NCBI GenBank assembly: GCA_964016885.1
Contig: OZ024756.1
Location: forward strand, 17,608,001-17,672,000
Reading direction: 5' to 3'
Length of the DNA: 64,000 bases
DNA from: Eledone cirrhosa
Lineage: Eukaryota
Both the position numbers and the translations under genes were made by a program. Within the stretch, counting starts at the first letter, position 1, and each line of letters starts with the position of its first letter. Below the pieces are notes generated by a model, which was not told the origin of the DNA, made no database searches, and saw only the letters and a program-made list of their open reading frames with translations. Of the stretch, positions 23,826 through 38,591 are shown piece by piece.

Positions 23826-24062
23826 CATCATCATCATCATCATTTTACGTCCGCTTTTCCCTGCTTGCAAGGGTGGGACGGGAACTGATTCTGACTTGAT
23901 TTCTACAGCTGGATGCCCTTCCTAACACCAACCTCATTTACAGTGTGTGCTGGGTGCTTTTTTGCCGTGGCACCTCCACGACCACTTTGCAGTGGAATGA
24001 TAGGGACCCCAGTCCCTATCATCTCATTTCTACAGCTGAGTAAACTGGAGCAATGTGAAATA
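23826..24062 (-). mobile_element. SINE family A, 5'-truncated
   Basis: Reverse complement of body and tail. Confidence 0.85.
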
Positions 24063-24336
24063 ATAAAAGAATTAATACATTCTTTTAATTTTTTAAAAAA
24101 TTAGATTAAATTCCAATGGTATTTGAATCACAAATAAGAAATTATGAAGGAGAACAGAGAGTATTTCCTAAAATCTACATAGCCATTGGAGTCAACAACA
24201 TTCCTCTCAGGAAAAGAGACAAGAAGTCTTAGAGTTTTTAGCGACCTAATTCTACACCAAACTGTGTAAGATCTTGTCATTAAAACCTGATAGAAATAGC
24301 AGCTAATATCCATCCTCAAACTACACTGTACAGTCT

Positions 24337-24908
24337 TCTTCACCCACTTATTCCTGAGGGGGTTGAGGGGGCAGAGTTCTCAAACACTCCTTCTAGTGGG
24401 TCTGTCAGAAGCAACTGTCTCCAACTGATACGGCTGGATCCTCAAATGAGACCAGCCAAGCTCATGGATGTTATCCAATCACCTTGCTCGGGGTCTACCC
24501 CTCGGTCTCCTACCTTTTGCTTTTGTCCGTAAAATCTATCCAGCTATTCTTTCCTGAAACATTCTAACCACATGCCCATAATATCGGAGCTGTGATCTCT
24601 CAATTCAGAGAAGTAGCAGCTCTACCTGGAGTGATTCTCTGATCTCTGAGTGACGCACTTTATCGAGTAATGTTACTCCAATGACCCTTCGGAGGAATCC
24701 CATTTCGGCCACTTGCATTCACGATTGTATTCTTTCGGTCATTACCCAAGATTCATGACCATAGGTAAGGATTGGCACAAAAACCGAATTGAAGACAGCA
24801 AGTTTGGCTTTTACGCCTACCTCCCTTTCTGATTACCGAATGCTGAAGCTGGCGCAATAATACACCAGTTCCTGCAATTCTTGCCCTTAATTCAGCCTCC
24901 TGCCTTCC
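24337..24908 (-). mobile_element. RTE-clade LINE, C-terminal ORF region (pseudogenised)
   Basis: The minus strand reads KLAVFNSVFVPILTYGHESW...AEMGFLRRVIGVTLLDKVRHSEIR...QLRYYGHVVRM...GRRPRGRPRAR, with stops and a frameshift. Confidence 0.9.
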
Positions 24909-25439
24909 AGGATACAAATATACAATCATCATCATCGCCAATACAATAATTATAAAATCTATAAATAATGCTTTAAAATCAAGAGAAAAAAATTTATTGA
25001 TAAATTTGTTAAACAGAAAGTAATTACTTGTCATTTAACAAAACATTCATCAAATACTGTTACTTTCATTTCTTTGAAATTCATTTATTTATTTATTAAA
25101 AAGATTAAAATAAAAAAAAAAGGCTAAAAAAAAGAATGTAATATTTTTCAAAATTTTATTTTTGAAATTGTCAAAATCATAAGCTTGCCTCCTGGGGGAG
25201 AAGTGGAATAGTTGTTCCAAAGATCTCTCTCACCACTCTCTGGAGCAATAACTTCTCCATCCTGTTGTTAGGGACCATGAGGAGGACTGACCCTTGAACA
25301 ATGAGTGGTTTACACAGATTACATACACACACTCACACAAAACATGATTATAGTACTAAACTAAAACAATTATTGTAAAAATAAAAGACCTACCACCATG
25401 AAAAAGATGTTTCTCTACCAAACACCTGTATGTAATGTA

Positions 25440-25770
25440 TGTATGGTCCTGTAACTCCTGATAGAGTTATAGGGGCATCGTATTGACATATGGCATTTCT
25501 TGGGTATTTAAAGACTGGCGGAGCCCATCCCTCTCCAAGCCTGAGTACAGTAGATTTCTTCCAGAAAAAGATAGAAAGTGAGAGAGAGGAAATGAGAAAG
25601 AGATATAGAGGAAGATTCGACCCCAGTACTAGACAGTATTCGACCTCGAACGGATGAAAAGCGAAGTTGACCTCGGCAGGATTTGAACTCAGAGAGCTGT
25701 GAGCTGGAATGAATACCATAAAGTATTCTATCCGACATTCTAACGACTCTGCCAATTCACCACCATACCA
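25440..25770 (-). mobile_element. SINE family C
   Basis: TGGCAGAGTCGTTAG head, GAGTTCAAATCC, Nin-like domain, (CATA)n tail. Confidence 0.75.
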
Positions 25771-27044
25771 AACAGGTAGACAAACAAAAAGTAAATCATT
25801 AGATTTGTTTCCACAAATGATACTAGCAGTGGTAGTGGCTCTGTTGGTTACAACGAGTGTTCCAGTTGATATGATCAATGGAACAGCCTGCTTGTGAAAT
25901 TAACGTGGCTGAGCATTCCACAAACACACATTACATACCCATAACATAGCTCTCAGGGAGATTCAACGTGACACAGATGGAACCTGTAGGATTTCGACAT
26001 AGAATGTATGGTTCTCTGACCCATCTAAATTTCAGACTTTTATGACCTTTGGTGATGATGATGATGATAGATAATGAACACAAGCCAGAGAGATCTGGGG
26101 GAACCAAACTAGAAGTTGTTCAACTATCTATATATAAATTTGAGCGACTTCCTTCCATTGGTCCGTACCACAGTATGTGTGTGTGTGTTTGTGTGAATGT
26201 GTGTGTGTGTGTAAAAGGAAGGAAGGGGATGGTGAAAAAACTATAGCAAAACAGCAGCTGGCGTTCCATTTGCTACTCCGTCTGTGTGTGTTTGTGTGAA
26301 TGTATATGTGTGGTTGTGTGAATGTATGTATATTCATGTGACTGTACGTCTGCGAGTGTGTACTTTTGTGTGTCCGTCTTTGCGCGTTTATATCTATATA
26401 CACATGCATATAAATATACATATATACGCACATACACGCATGCACACACATATACACACAGGCGTCAGCATGTTTGAAAAAATCCTAGTAAACAAAATCT
26501 TTGTGTATAATGAGACCCATGCTAGCGTGGAAGAACGGACGTAAAACGGTGATGATGATGATGATGATGAGGTTACAAAAAGATTCAACCACAGAACCTT
26601 CTAGCTGCTTTACACTCTCTTGCTTTCCATTTTTCTTTTTATGCTTATTTTGCACCCCTTCCATTTAAATTTGTGGTTGAAGGGAGGGGGTATGGTGAAA
26701 CAAACTGATAATATATTACTGGTATTTTTTTTGCCTTCTCTATTAAATAAAAAAAAATATTTTATTTTATTTTATTTTATTTTATTTTATTTTAATCATA
26801 AAACAAGTCAGGAGAGGTGGAAAAATGTTATTTGAAATTTTTATCTTGAATCAAAATTCAATACAAAAAACTTTTAAAAGAACTGAAAATTGTATTTGAA
26901 CCAATAAAACAACAACAAAAGAAAAAGTTGTTTTGTTCAAGTTTTGATTGAAATTCAAATTTTAATTACAAACATTTTTGTTTCTTCAGATTTCAGTTCA
27001 ATGAAAACGCGTATCAATTGGAAACTTCAAATAGAAAAAACAAT

Positions 27045-27665
27045 GAGGATTATGTGTGATATGAGTGTTATGTGTGTGATATGAGGATTGTGTGTGTGAT
27101 ATGAGTGTTATGTGTGTGATATGAGTGTTTTGTGTGTGATATGAGGGTTGTGTGTGTGATATGAGTGTTATGTGTGTGATATGAGGATTATGTGTGTGAT
27201 ATGAGGATTATGTGTGTGATATGAGGGTTATGTGTGTGATATGAGGATTATGTGTGTGATATTAGGATTATGTGTGTGATATGAGGGTTATGTGTGTGAT
27301 ATGAGGGTTATGTGTGTGATATGAGTGTTATGTGTGTGATATGAGGATTATGTGTGTGATATGAGGGTTATGTGTGTGTGATATGAGGATTATGTGTGTG
27401 ATATGAGGGTTATGTGTGTGATATGAGGATTATGTGTGTGATATGAGTGTTATGTGTGTGATATGAGGGTTATGTGTGTGATATGAGGATTATGTGTGTG
27501 ATATGAGGATTATGTGTGTGATATGAGGACTATATGTGTGATATGAGGGTTATGTGTGTGATATGAGAGTTATGTGTATGATATGAGAGTTATGTGTGTG
27601 ATATGAGGATTATGTGTGTGATATGAGGACTATCTGTGTGTGATATGAGGACTATATGTGTAATG
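27045..27665. repeat. 20-bp minisatellite
   Basis: Unit ATGAG(GA/GG/TG)TTATGTGTGTGAT, ~30 copies. Confidence 0.95.
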
Positions 27666-27671
27666 TAACAT

Positions 27672-27857
27672 AATTGTTTCTACTTTAGGCACAAGGCCAG
27701 CAATTACCCAGTGCATTACTGGTACTTTATTTTATCGACCCCGTAAGGATGAAAGGCAAAGTCAACCTCGGGGGGATTTGAACTCAGACTGTAAAGGGAC
27801 GTAACTATGCTGGAAAGCATGGCGTCCGACCCTCTACCGATACTGCCAATCCACCCC
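27672..27857 (-). mobile_element. Full-length family B SINE with probable TSD
   Basis: Complete head-to-tail copy. TATGTGTAATGTAACATAAT appears on both sides (~27655-27674 and ~27862-27881). Confidence 0.85.
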
Positions 27858-28129
27858 CTTTTATGTGTAATGTAACATAATATTATCACACAACAACCAT
27901 CTTTTTCCATAAAAGAAGTCAATACACACCATAATACTGATATCATTATAAACATTATCCCTGGAAGTTATCATACCACTTTTGGGTGGGTGAGAGATGT
28001 CTTCTCTTGTGAAAATGGGTATAGCTTTCATTATGTAAAATTTCCCCATTTTACCCCATTTCTCCCCGTTTTGAGGCACTTTTTTTTCATGGTACACCCC
28101 TTTTGGGTTTTTAGAGGTTAGCAGGCCTG

Positions 28130-29140
28130 TCATAAACATTCTCCATAGATGTTATCACACACCATAACATTGGTATCGCTATATACATTGTCCATAGAAG
28201 TTATCACACACCATAACACTGATATCATTATAAACATTCTCCCTAGATGTTATCACACACCATAACACTGATATCATTATATACATTGTCCCTAGACATT
28301 ATATATATTGTCCCTAGATGTTATCACACACCATAACACTGATATCATTATATACATTGTCCCTAGATGTTATCACACACCATAACACTGATATCATTAT
28401 AAACATTCTCCCTAGATGTTATCACACACCATAACACTGATATCATTATATACATTGTCCCTAAACATTATATATATTGTTCCTAGATGTTATCACACAC
28501 CATAACACTGATATCATTATATACATTGTCCCTAGATGTTATCATACACACCATAACATTGATATCATTATAAGCATTGTCCCTAGAAGTTACCACACAC
28601 CATAACACTGATATCATTATATACATTGTCCCTAGACATTATATATATTGTCCCTAGACATTATATATATTGTCCCTAGACATTATATATATTGTCCCTA
28701 GAAGTTATCACACACCATAACACTGATATCATTATATACATTGTCCCTAGATGTTATCACACACAATACCATTGATATCATTATATACATTGTGCCTAGA
28801 TGTCATCACACACCATAAAATTGATATCATTATATACATTGTCCACAGATATTATCACACACCATAATATTGATATCGTTATATACATTGTCCTTAGATG
28901 TTATCACATACTATAACATTGATATTATTATAAACACACTCTAGAAGTTATCACATACATTGTCTCTATAATGTTATCACACACCAAAACAGTGATATCA
29001 ATATAAACACTCTCTAGAAGTTATCACACACAATGCCTCTACATCATTGATATCAATATAAACACTGTTTCAAGAAGGTATCACACATATTGTCTCTAAA
29101 AGTTATCACACACACCATAACCTTGATATCATTATAAACA
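28130..29140. repeat. ~49-bp minisatellite, degenerating toward the edges
   Basis: Unit CCCTAGATGTTATCACACACCATAACACTGATATCATTATATACATTGT. Confidence 0.9.
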
Positions 29141-29904
29141 TTGTGTAGAAGTGAAGAGATAGATACACAGTGTGTGATATCTTAGCCAATGTGAGAGAAA
29201 TAGAAGAAAAACTAACTTGGACTGTATTTTTAGCTTTTAGTTAAGAAATGTGGATAATGTGTGTTTGAGATCTGTATTTACTGTTTAAGGGTCAGTCTGT
29301 CTCGTGGTCCTGGTGGATAGAATGGAGAAGACATTGCCCTCGTGGGGTGACTTGATCTGAGATTGTGTGTTGAAATTAAGACAATTATATCATAAAAGGG
29401 TCATTTGAGCTACAGTTGTACATGTCTGGCAGGTGACTTGACCTGAGATTGTGTTAAAACTAAAACAGTTACATTATGGAAGAGTCGTTTTAGCTACAGT
29501 TGTACATGTCTGGCATGTGACTTGATCTGAGACTGTGTTATATCAAAACTAAAACAATTACATCATGGAAGAGTCTTTTTAGCTACAGTTGTACATGTCT
29601 GGCATGTGACTTGATCTGAGACTGTGTGTTATATCAAAACTAAAACAATGACATCATAAAAGTCACTTGCCAGACATGTACAACTGAGATGTTTCATTAA
29701 AATGAAATTGGTAGAGAGTGTCTGTAAAATATAGATATGGGTTCCACAACAAAATATGTTTTAGAGCCCTTGTATTAGAGCAGGCCTTGGTATTCCATCT
29801 GCTGAGGGCAGACAATAACATGATGACGATGATGATGATGATGATAATGATGATTCTTAAAGAGGGTTTGTGATCACAAAGTTTGAAACCACTGTTGTAA
29901 CAGC

Positions 29905-31715
29905 CAGTCTGTGTATGTGTGTGTGTGTACTTGTCTGTCTGTGTGTACCTGTCTGTCTGTATCAATTATACATCTGCTCTGCTTGTGTAAGCGTGTTTTT
30001 GTATGTGAGTGTGCGTCTCTGTTGTGTGAATATACCTGTCTGTCAGTGTGTGCGTCTGTACCCACTGTACACCTGCTCTGTGTGTGTGTGCGTGTGTGTC
30101 TTTGTGTCTGTACCCACTGTACACCTGCTCTGTGTGTGTGTGTATCTTTGTGTCTGTACCCACTGTACACCTGGTCTGTCTGTGTGTGTCTGTCTGCCCG
30201 TACCCACTGTACATCTGGTCTGTATACATCTGGTGTGTATGTCTGTGTCCGTCTGTCCATACCCACTGTACATCTGGTCTGTGTCTGTCTGTGTGTGTCC
30301 GTCTGTCTGTACCCACTGTACATCTGGTGTGTCTGTCTGTGTCCGTCTGTCTGTACCCACTGTACACCTGGTCTGTCTGTGTGTGTCCGTCTGTCCATAC
30401 CCACTGTACATGTGGTGTGTCTGTCTGTGTCCGTCTGTCCGTACCCACTGTACATCTGGTCTCTGTGTCTGTGTGTGTCCGTCTGTCCGTACCCACTGCA
30501 CATCTGGTCTGTGTCTGTCTGTGTGTGTCCGTCTGTCCGTACCCACTGTACATCTGGTGTGTCTGTCTGTGTCCGTCTGTCTGTACCCACTGTACATCTG
30601 GTCTGTCTGTGTGTCCCCGTCTGTCCGTACCCACTGTACATCTGGTGTGTCTGTCTGTGTCCGTCTGTCTGTACCCACTGTACACCTGGTCTGTCTGTGT
30701 GCGTCCGTCTGTCCATACCCACTGTACATCTGGTGTGTATGTCTGTGTCCGTCTGTCCATACCCACTGCACATCTGGTGTGTCTGTGTGTCCGTCTGTCC
30801 GTACCCGCTGTACATCTGGTCTGTGTCTGTCTGTCTGTGTCCGTCTGACCGTACCCACTGTACATCTGGTGTGTCTGTCTGTGTCCATCTGACCGTACCC
30901 ACTGTACATCTGGTGTGCCTGTCTGTGTCCGTACCCACTGTACATCTGGTGTGTCTGTCTGTGTCCATCTGACCGTACCCACTGTACATCTGGTGTGTCT
31001 GTCTGTGTCCGTCTGTCCGTACCCACTGTACATCTGGTGTGTCTGTGTGTGTCCGTCTGTCCGTACCCACTGTACATCTGGTGTGTCTGTCTGTGTCCGT
31101 CTGTCCATACCCACTGTACATCTGGTCTGACTGTCTGTGTCCGTCTGACTGTACCCACTGTACATCTGGTGTGTCTGTCTGTGTCCGTCTGACCGTACCC
31201 ACTGTACATCTGGTGTGTCTGTCTGTGTCCGTCTGTCCATACCCACTGTACATCTGGTGTGTCTGTCTGTGTCCGTCTGTCCGTACCCACTGTACATCTG
31301 GTGTGTCTGTGTGTGTCCGTCTGTCCGTACCCGCTGTACATCTGGTGTGTATGTCTGTGTGTGTCCGTCTGTCTGTACCCACTGTACACCTGGTCTGTCT
31401 GTGTGTCCCCGTCTGTCCGTACCCACTGTACATCTGGTGTGTCTGTCTGTGTCCGTCTGTCCGTACCCACTGTACATCTGGTCTGTGTCTGTCTGTCTGT
31501 GTCCGTCTGACCGTACCCACTGTACATCTGGTGTGTATGTCTGTGTCCGTCTGTCCGTACCCACTGTACATCTGGTGTGTCCGTCTGTCCGTACCCACTG
31601 TACATCTGGTGTGTCCGTCTGTCCGTACCCACTGTACATCTGGTGTGTCCGTCTGTCCGTACCCACTGTACATCTGGTGTGTCCATCTGTCCGTACCCAC
31701 TGTACATCTGGTCTG
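29905..31715. repeat. 34-50-bp minisatellite (GTACCCACTGTACATCTGG plus a variable GTCT/GT spacer)
   Basis: Constant core with variable microsatellite spacer. Produces the spurious 500-600 aa ORFs. Confidence 0.95.
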
Positions 31716-31799
31716 TTTGCTGAATCAACTTTCACATCAAAGGAATTATGGATGAGTTAATATTGTGTTAACCTGTTTGAAAAGGGAATTTTTTTCTGT

Positions 31800-32160
31800 G
31801 GGAGAAGGGGGTAGTGGGTCAGATGAAGAGGGGGGTTAGTGGAGAGTAGATGAAGAGGGGTGGGAGGTGTCTGAATGGGGGAGTGGGGGAAGGGGGTAGT
31901 GGGTCAGATGAAGAGTGGGGGTTAGTGGAGAGTAGATGAAGAGGGGTAGGAGGTGTCTGAATGGGGGAGTGGGGGAAGGGGTAGTGGGTCAGATGGAGAG
32001 GGGAGGGTTAGTGGAGAGTAGATGAAGAGGGGTGGGAGGTGTCTGAATGGGGGAGTGGGGGAAGGGGGTAGTGGGTCAGATGAAGAGGGGGGAGGGTTAG
32101 TGGAGAGTAGATGAAGAGGGGTGGGAGCTGTCTGAATGGGGGAGCGGGGGGAAGGGGGTG
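31800..32160. repeat. ~85-bp G-rich tandem repeat (4 copies)
   Basis: GAAGGGGGTAGTGGGTCAGATGAAGAGGGG...GTCTGAATGGGGGAG repeated. Confidence 0.85.
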
Positions 32161-32330
32161 AGAGAGAGAGAGAGGGAAGAGGCTACAAAGAGAAATTAAA
32201 AGGTAGGTCAGCTGAACTTCATTAACTAAGTAACAACTACATAACGAGATGAAGGAGTTTGGTATTTTTTTTAATTTGTTTACATATATATGTGTATATA
32301 TATATATATGTGTGTGTATATATATATGTC

Positions 32331-32381
<51 letters not shown>

Positions 32382-32470
32382 CATCATCACCATCATTTTA
32401 CTTCCGCTTTTCCCTGCTTGTATGTATGTTTGTTTGTATATATGTATCTGTATATATGTATATAAGTATG

Positions 32471-32501
<31 letters not shown>

Positions 32502-32672
32502 TAATATATATATGTATGAATGTATATAAATATGTATATATATATATATATATATGTACATATGTATGTATGCAAATATGTATGTATATATATATATAAA
32601 TATACATATATGTACATATGTATGTATGTAAATATGTATATATATATGTGTACATATGTATGTATGTAAATA

Positions 32673-32739
<67 letters not shown>

Positions 32740-33073
32740 ATAACAAAAAGTAAACAATTTCAGGAATGTTGTGTATTTATTTTCTCTCCTGGGAGGCAGG
32801 GGTGGAGTAGAAGGAGAGAGTGAGAGAGGGAGTAGAGAATGAGAGAAGATGAGAAGTGGTAGAGAGTGAGAGGGTGTCGTGAATGAGAGAGGGTGAGAGA
32901 GAGAGTGTGCGGGGGGGGGGGGGGGGAGATTTAACAAATTCTAGCCATACCAATAGTGAAAGGTTTAAAAAGCAGTTTATTTACATATACCCCTCTCACT
33001 CCACCTCCCTAAATACCCCCTCTGCCACCCCACCTCTTAATTATCATTATATATATATACTAGTTCATTAGTT

Positions 33074-33106
<33 letters not shown>

Positions 33107-33146
33107 CATATACACACACTCAAGCATACATACATATATCCATCCA

Positions 33147-33555
33147 TATGGTGGCTGCCAACTCGTTTTCGAGTACGGCCACTACTTTATATCCATGTAG
33201 GAGAACCCCTACCGATGCGCTGAACGAGTGTGACTTTTTAGTCCAGCCAGCGACTTGAAAACTCTGGTACAAACACTACACTTGTGACACTTATTGACAC
33301 ATAGTGCTGGGCCCATGGTACCATGTGACAAGTGCAGAGAGATCTCCAGATATAAAGCAATGCCTGTGCCGTGAAGCTTTTATAGTGAGCAAAGGCACTG
33401 CACAAAGCCAGTCCCACTCTCTTAACCAAGATGATATTTACCAAAAAGAAGAACAAGTCAACATCATTGGATACCATCAGGGTTGCAGGTGTTATATCAG
33501 AGTTTTCCTTCTCCTAGAATTCTGCCTTGACAAAGGCTAAGGGGTCATCGCTGCC
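33147..33555 (-). mobile_element. Dispersed ~410-bp repeat, possibly derived from a LINE 5' UTR; second copy at 51118-51525
   Basis: Two highly similar copies with almost the same endpoints. GGAGAAGGAAAACTCTGAT on the minus strand resembles RTE 5' regions. Confidence 0.6.
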
Positions 33556-34064
33556 AGTGATTTTGGATGGCCATTGATATACATACATACATATATATCA
33601 TCATCATCATCATCAGGTTTAGCGTCCGTGTTCCACGCCTGATTGGGTTATACACCATATACACCATACTTACAAACATATATACATACATACACATACA
33701 CACGTGTGTATGCGTGTGCGCGTGTGTGTGTCTGTGTGTATGTGTGTATGTATGTATGTATGTGTGTGTGTATGTGTGTATATATGTATGTGTGTGTGTA
33801 TGTGTGTATATATGTGTGTGTGTATGTGTGTGTGTGTATATAATGTATGTATGTATGTGCGTGTGTGTGTGTATGTGTCTATGTATGTGTGTGTTCATCA
33901 CAGAATTACCTGAAAAGAAAACTGAATGAAAAACTTGTTTGTAAACAAAAATAAAACAGCTCCTGCTCCCCCACCCCCTGGGGCACCAGACCCCACCCAC
34001 CAAGATCACACATCCCTACTACATACACTGCACCACATACACAGATCACCTCATCACCTGCCTC

Positions 34065-36790
34065 CCAGCTACCACCACTACTACTACTACCACCACCACT
34101 ACCACTACCATCACCACCACCACTACTACAACTATAACCAGCACTACTACTACTACCACTACCACCACCATCACCACTACCATCACCACCACCACCACTA
34201 CCACCACCACTACCATGACTACCACCACCACCACCACTGCCACCATCACCAGCACTACCACCACCACTACCACTACTACCACCACCACCACTACTACCAC
34301 CACCACTGCCACTATCACCAGCACTACCACCACCACTACCACTACTATCACTACCACCACTACTACCACCACCACTGCCACCATCACCACTATCACCAGC
34401 ACTACCACCACCACCACCACTACTACTACTGCTGTTGCTGATACCAGTCAGCTGATTGTTTTAAAACCACCTCCACTACAACCACCACCACAACCACTAG
34501 TACCGCTACTACAACTAGAACCATTACTGCTGATGCCAGTCAGCTGATTGTATTCAAACCACCACCTCCACTACCACCACCTCCACTACCACCACATCAA
34601 CTACTACCACAACAACCACCACCTCCACTACCACCATCACAAACATCACTACTATCACCTCCATTATAACTACTACAATTTCAACCACCACAATCACATC
34701 AACTACTACCACCACCACCACCACCACCACATCAACTACTACCACTACAACCACCTCAACCATTACCACCACCACATCAACTACTACCACCACCTCCACC
34801 ACATCAACTACTACCACAACAACCACTTCCACCATTACCACCACCACCACCTCCACCACATCAACTACTACCACTACAACCACCTCAACCATTACCACCA
34901 CCACATCAACTACTACCACCACCTCCACCACATCAACTACTACCACTACAACCACTTCCACCATTACCACCACCACATCAACTACTACCACCACCTCCAC
35001 CACATCAACTACTACCACTACAACCACTTCCACCATTACCACCACCACCACCACCACCACATCAACTACCACCACCACCACATCAACTACTACCACAACA
35101 GCCACTTCCACTATTACCACCACCTCCACCACATCAACTACTACCACAACAACCACTTCCACCATTACCACCACCACCACCTCCACCACATCAACTACTA
35201 CCACAACAACCACTTCCACCATTACCACCACCACCACATCAACTACTACCACCACCTCCACCACATCAACTACTACCACAACAACCACTTCCACCATTAC
35301 CACCACCACCACATCAACTAATACCACCACCACCACCACATCAACTACTACCACAACAACCACTTCCACCATTACCACCATCACCACATCAACTACTACC
35401 ACCACCTCCACCACATCAACTACTACCACAACAACCACTTCCACCATTACCACCACCACCACCACATCAACTACTACCACCACCACCACCACATCAACTA
35501 CTACCACAACAACCACTTCCACCATTACCACCACCACAATCACATCAACTACTACCACCACCACCACCACATCAACTACTACCACAACAACCACTTCCAC
35601 CATTACCACCACCACCACATCAACTACTACCACCACCACCACCACATCAACTACTACCACAACAACCACTTCCACCATTACCACCACCACAATCACATCA
35701 ACTACTGCCACCACCACCACCACATCAACTACTACCACAACAACCACTTCCACCATTACCACCACAATCACATCAACTACTACCACCACCACCGCCACAT
35801 CAACTACTACCACAACAACCACTTCCACCATTACCACCACCACAATCACATCAACTACTACCATCACCACCACCACCACCACATCAACTACTACCACAAC
35901 AACCACTTCCACCATTACCACCACCACCACATCAACTACTACCACCACCACCACCACATCAACTACTACCACAACAACCACTTCCACCATTACCACCACC
36001 ACCACCACATCAACTACTACCACCACCACAATCACATCAACTACTACCACCACCACCACCATATCAACTACTACCACAACAACTACTTCCACCATTACCA
36101 CCACCACCACATCAACTACTACCACCACCTCCACCACATCAACTACTACCACAACAACCACTTCCACCATTACCACCACCACAATCACATCAACTACTAC
36201 CACCACCACCACCACATCAACTACTACCACAACAACCACTTCCACCATTACCACCATCACCACATCAACTACTACCACCACCTCATCACTACTACCACAA
36301 CAACCACTTCCACCATTACCACCACCACAATCACATCAACTACTACCACCACCACCACCACATCAACTACTACCACAACAACCACTTCCACCATTACCAC
36401 CACCACCACATCAACTACTACCACCACCTCCACCACATCAACTACTACCACAACAACCACTTCCACCATTACCACCATCACCACATCAACTACTACCACC
36501 ACCTCCACCACATCAACTACTACCACAACAACCACTTCCACCATTACCACCACCACCACCACATCAACTACTACCACAACAACCACTTCCACCATTACCA
36601 CCACCACCACATCAACTACTACCACCACCACCACCACATCAACTACTACCACAACAACCACTTCCACCATTACCACCACCACAATCACATCAACTACTAC
36701 CACCACCACCACCACATCAACTACTACCACAACAACCACTTCCACCATTACCACCACCACCACATCAACTACTACCACCACCACCACCAC
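34065..36790. repeat. CAC/TAC/CAA trinucleotide-derived compound satellite
   Basis: Recurring CACATCAACTACTACCACAACAACCACTTCCACCATTAC units. Confidence 0.95.
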
Positions 36791-37769
36791 ATCTGTCCAT
36801 ACTGTCAGATATAGTGTTATATAGTATAGTATTGAATAGTATAGTATAAATTCACGCAGCCCACACTGTAAACTGGTAGTGCTGGTGCCATGATAAATTC
36901 ACCCAGCCCACTCTGTAAAGTGGTAGTGCTGGTGCCATGATAAATTCACCCAGCCCACTCTGTAAAGTGGTAGTGCTGGTGCCACGATAAAATGCATCCA
37001 GTACATTATATAAAATGTTAGTGCTGGTGCCATGATTAAATGCACCAAGTACACTCTGTAAAGTGTAGATACCATGCAAAAATTATGGAACATATCAAGA
37101 AGATGAGGTCACTTTGATTAATGGTCTAGGACAGTGACAACTGACCAAGCCAGGCATGGTGTAGTGTTTGTAAGTATGGTCTGGTATAGTGTAATATGGT
37201 GTGGTGTAGTGTAGTATGGTGTGATGTAGTATGGTGTAATGTAGTATGGTATGGTATAGTGTAGTATGGTGTGGTGTAGTGTAGTATGGTGTGGTGTAGT
37301 GTAGTATGGTGTGGTGTAGTTTAGTATGGTGTGGTGTAGTGTAGTATGGTGTGGTGTGATGTTGTATGGTGTAGTGTAGCATTCAATAGCACGAGGGTAG
37401 GCTGACTATGAAGGAGTGATGCTAGAACTGTGAAATCTTGCATGGGTTAATTTCAACTCTTCTTATTAATAACTACATTATTTTTTTCCAGGCACTATGT
37501 TGACAAATAAACTTCATTTGGTCATTCCATGAGAGTATCTTGGTCAGACTATGAAGGAGTAATGCTAGAGCTGTGAAATCTTGCATGGATTAATTTCAAC
37601 TCTTCTTATTAATAACTACATTGTTTCTTTCCAGGCACTATGTTGAAAAATAAACCTCATTTAGACATTTCATGAGAGTACCTTGGTCAGACTATGAACT
37701 TTTCGGCTGACCCACATATAGTGTAGTGTAGTGTGGTGTAGTATAGTGTAGTATAGTATGGTATAGTAT

Positions 37770-38060
37770 GTATGGTCCCGTAACTCCTGATAAAATTGTA
37801 GGGACACTGTATTGACATACAACATTTCTTGGGCATTTAAAACCTGGCGGAGCCCATCCCTCCCCAGGCCTGAGTACAGCAGATTTCTTCCAGAGAGGAA
37901 GAATCAACCCCAGTACTAGACTGCTACTTTTTTTTATCGACCTTGAAAGGATGAGAGGCAAAGTTGACCTTGGCGGGATTTGAACTCAGAGAGCAGAGGG
38001 CCAGAACGAATACCAAGCATTCTATCAGATGTTCTAACGACTCTGTCAATTCGCTGCTTA
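37770..38060 (-). mobile_element. SINE family C
   Basis: Homologous to 25440-25770. Confidence 0.75.
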
Positions 38061-38236
38061 TATAGTATAGTACTAGCAGAATGGCCCGGCGTTGCTCGGG
38101 ATTTGCTCTAGGGTTCTTATATATTTGATATATATTTATCCTTTTCGAGCCTCGTGAAATAAATACATTTGTTTAGATTTTGTTATTGTGTATGCAAAAA
38201 TATCTGTACACGAATATATAATTATATATATGTAGT

Positions 38237-38572
38237 GGAGGCACATGGCTTAGTGGTTAGAGCATTGGCCTTGCAATCGAAAGGTAGTGAGTTCAATTCT
38301 CAGACCGGGTGATGTGTTGTTTCCTTGAGCAAGACACTTTATTTCACATTGCTCCAGTTTACTCAGCTGTAGAAATGAGATGATAGGGACTGGGATCCCT
38401 ATCATTCCACTGTAAAGTGGTTGTGGAGGTGCCACGGTAAAAAAGCACCCAGCACTCACTGTAAATGAGGTTGGTGTTAGGAAGGGCATCCAGCTGTAGA
38501 AATCAAGCCAGAATCAGTTCCCATCCCACCCTTGCAAGCAGGGAAAAGTGGACGTAAAATGAAATGATGATA
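38237..38572 (+). mobile_element. Full-length SINE family A nested in the Helitron
   Basis: Complete head, body and tail. Confidence 0.9.
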
Positions 38573-38591
38573 TATTAAAATAACAGGTTAA

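Noticed and set aside
26233-26275. TAGCAAA...TTTGCTA hairpin with CAGCTG, as a possible miRNA
   Set aside because: The stem is too short (7 bp) for a pre-miRNA and there is no recognisable mature sequence.
29870-31760. Several 340-608 aa ORFs on both strands
   Set aside because: Read-through of a minisatellite, open in nearly all frames.
31800-32160. G-quadruplex regulatory element
   Set aside because: G-runs are present, but nothing indicates function beyond a G-rich tandem repeat.
33926-36790. His-rich, poly-Val and poly-Thr ORFs
   Set aside because: Trinucleotide-derived satellite with frame shifts between segments and no splice or domain support.
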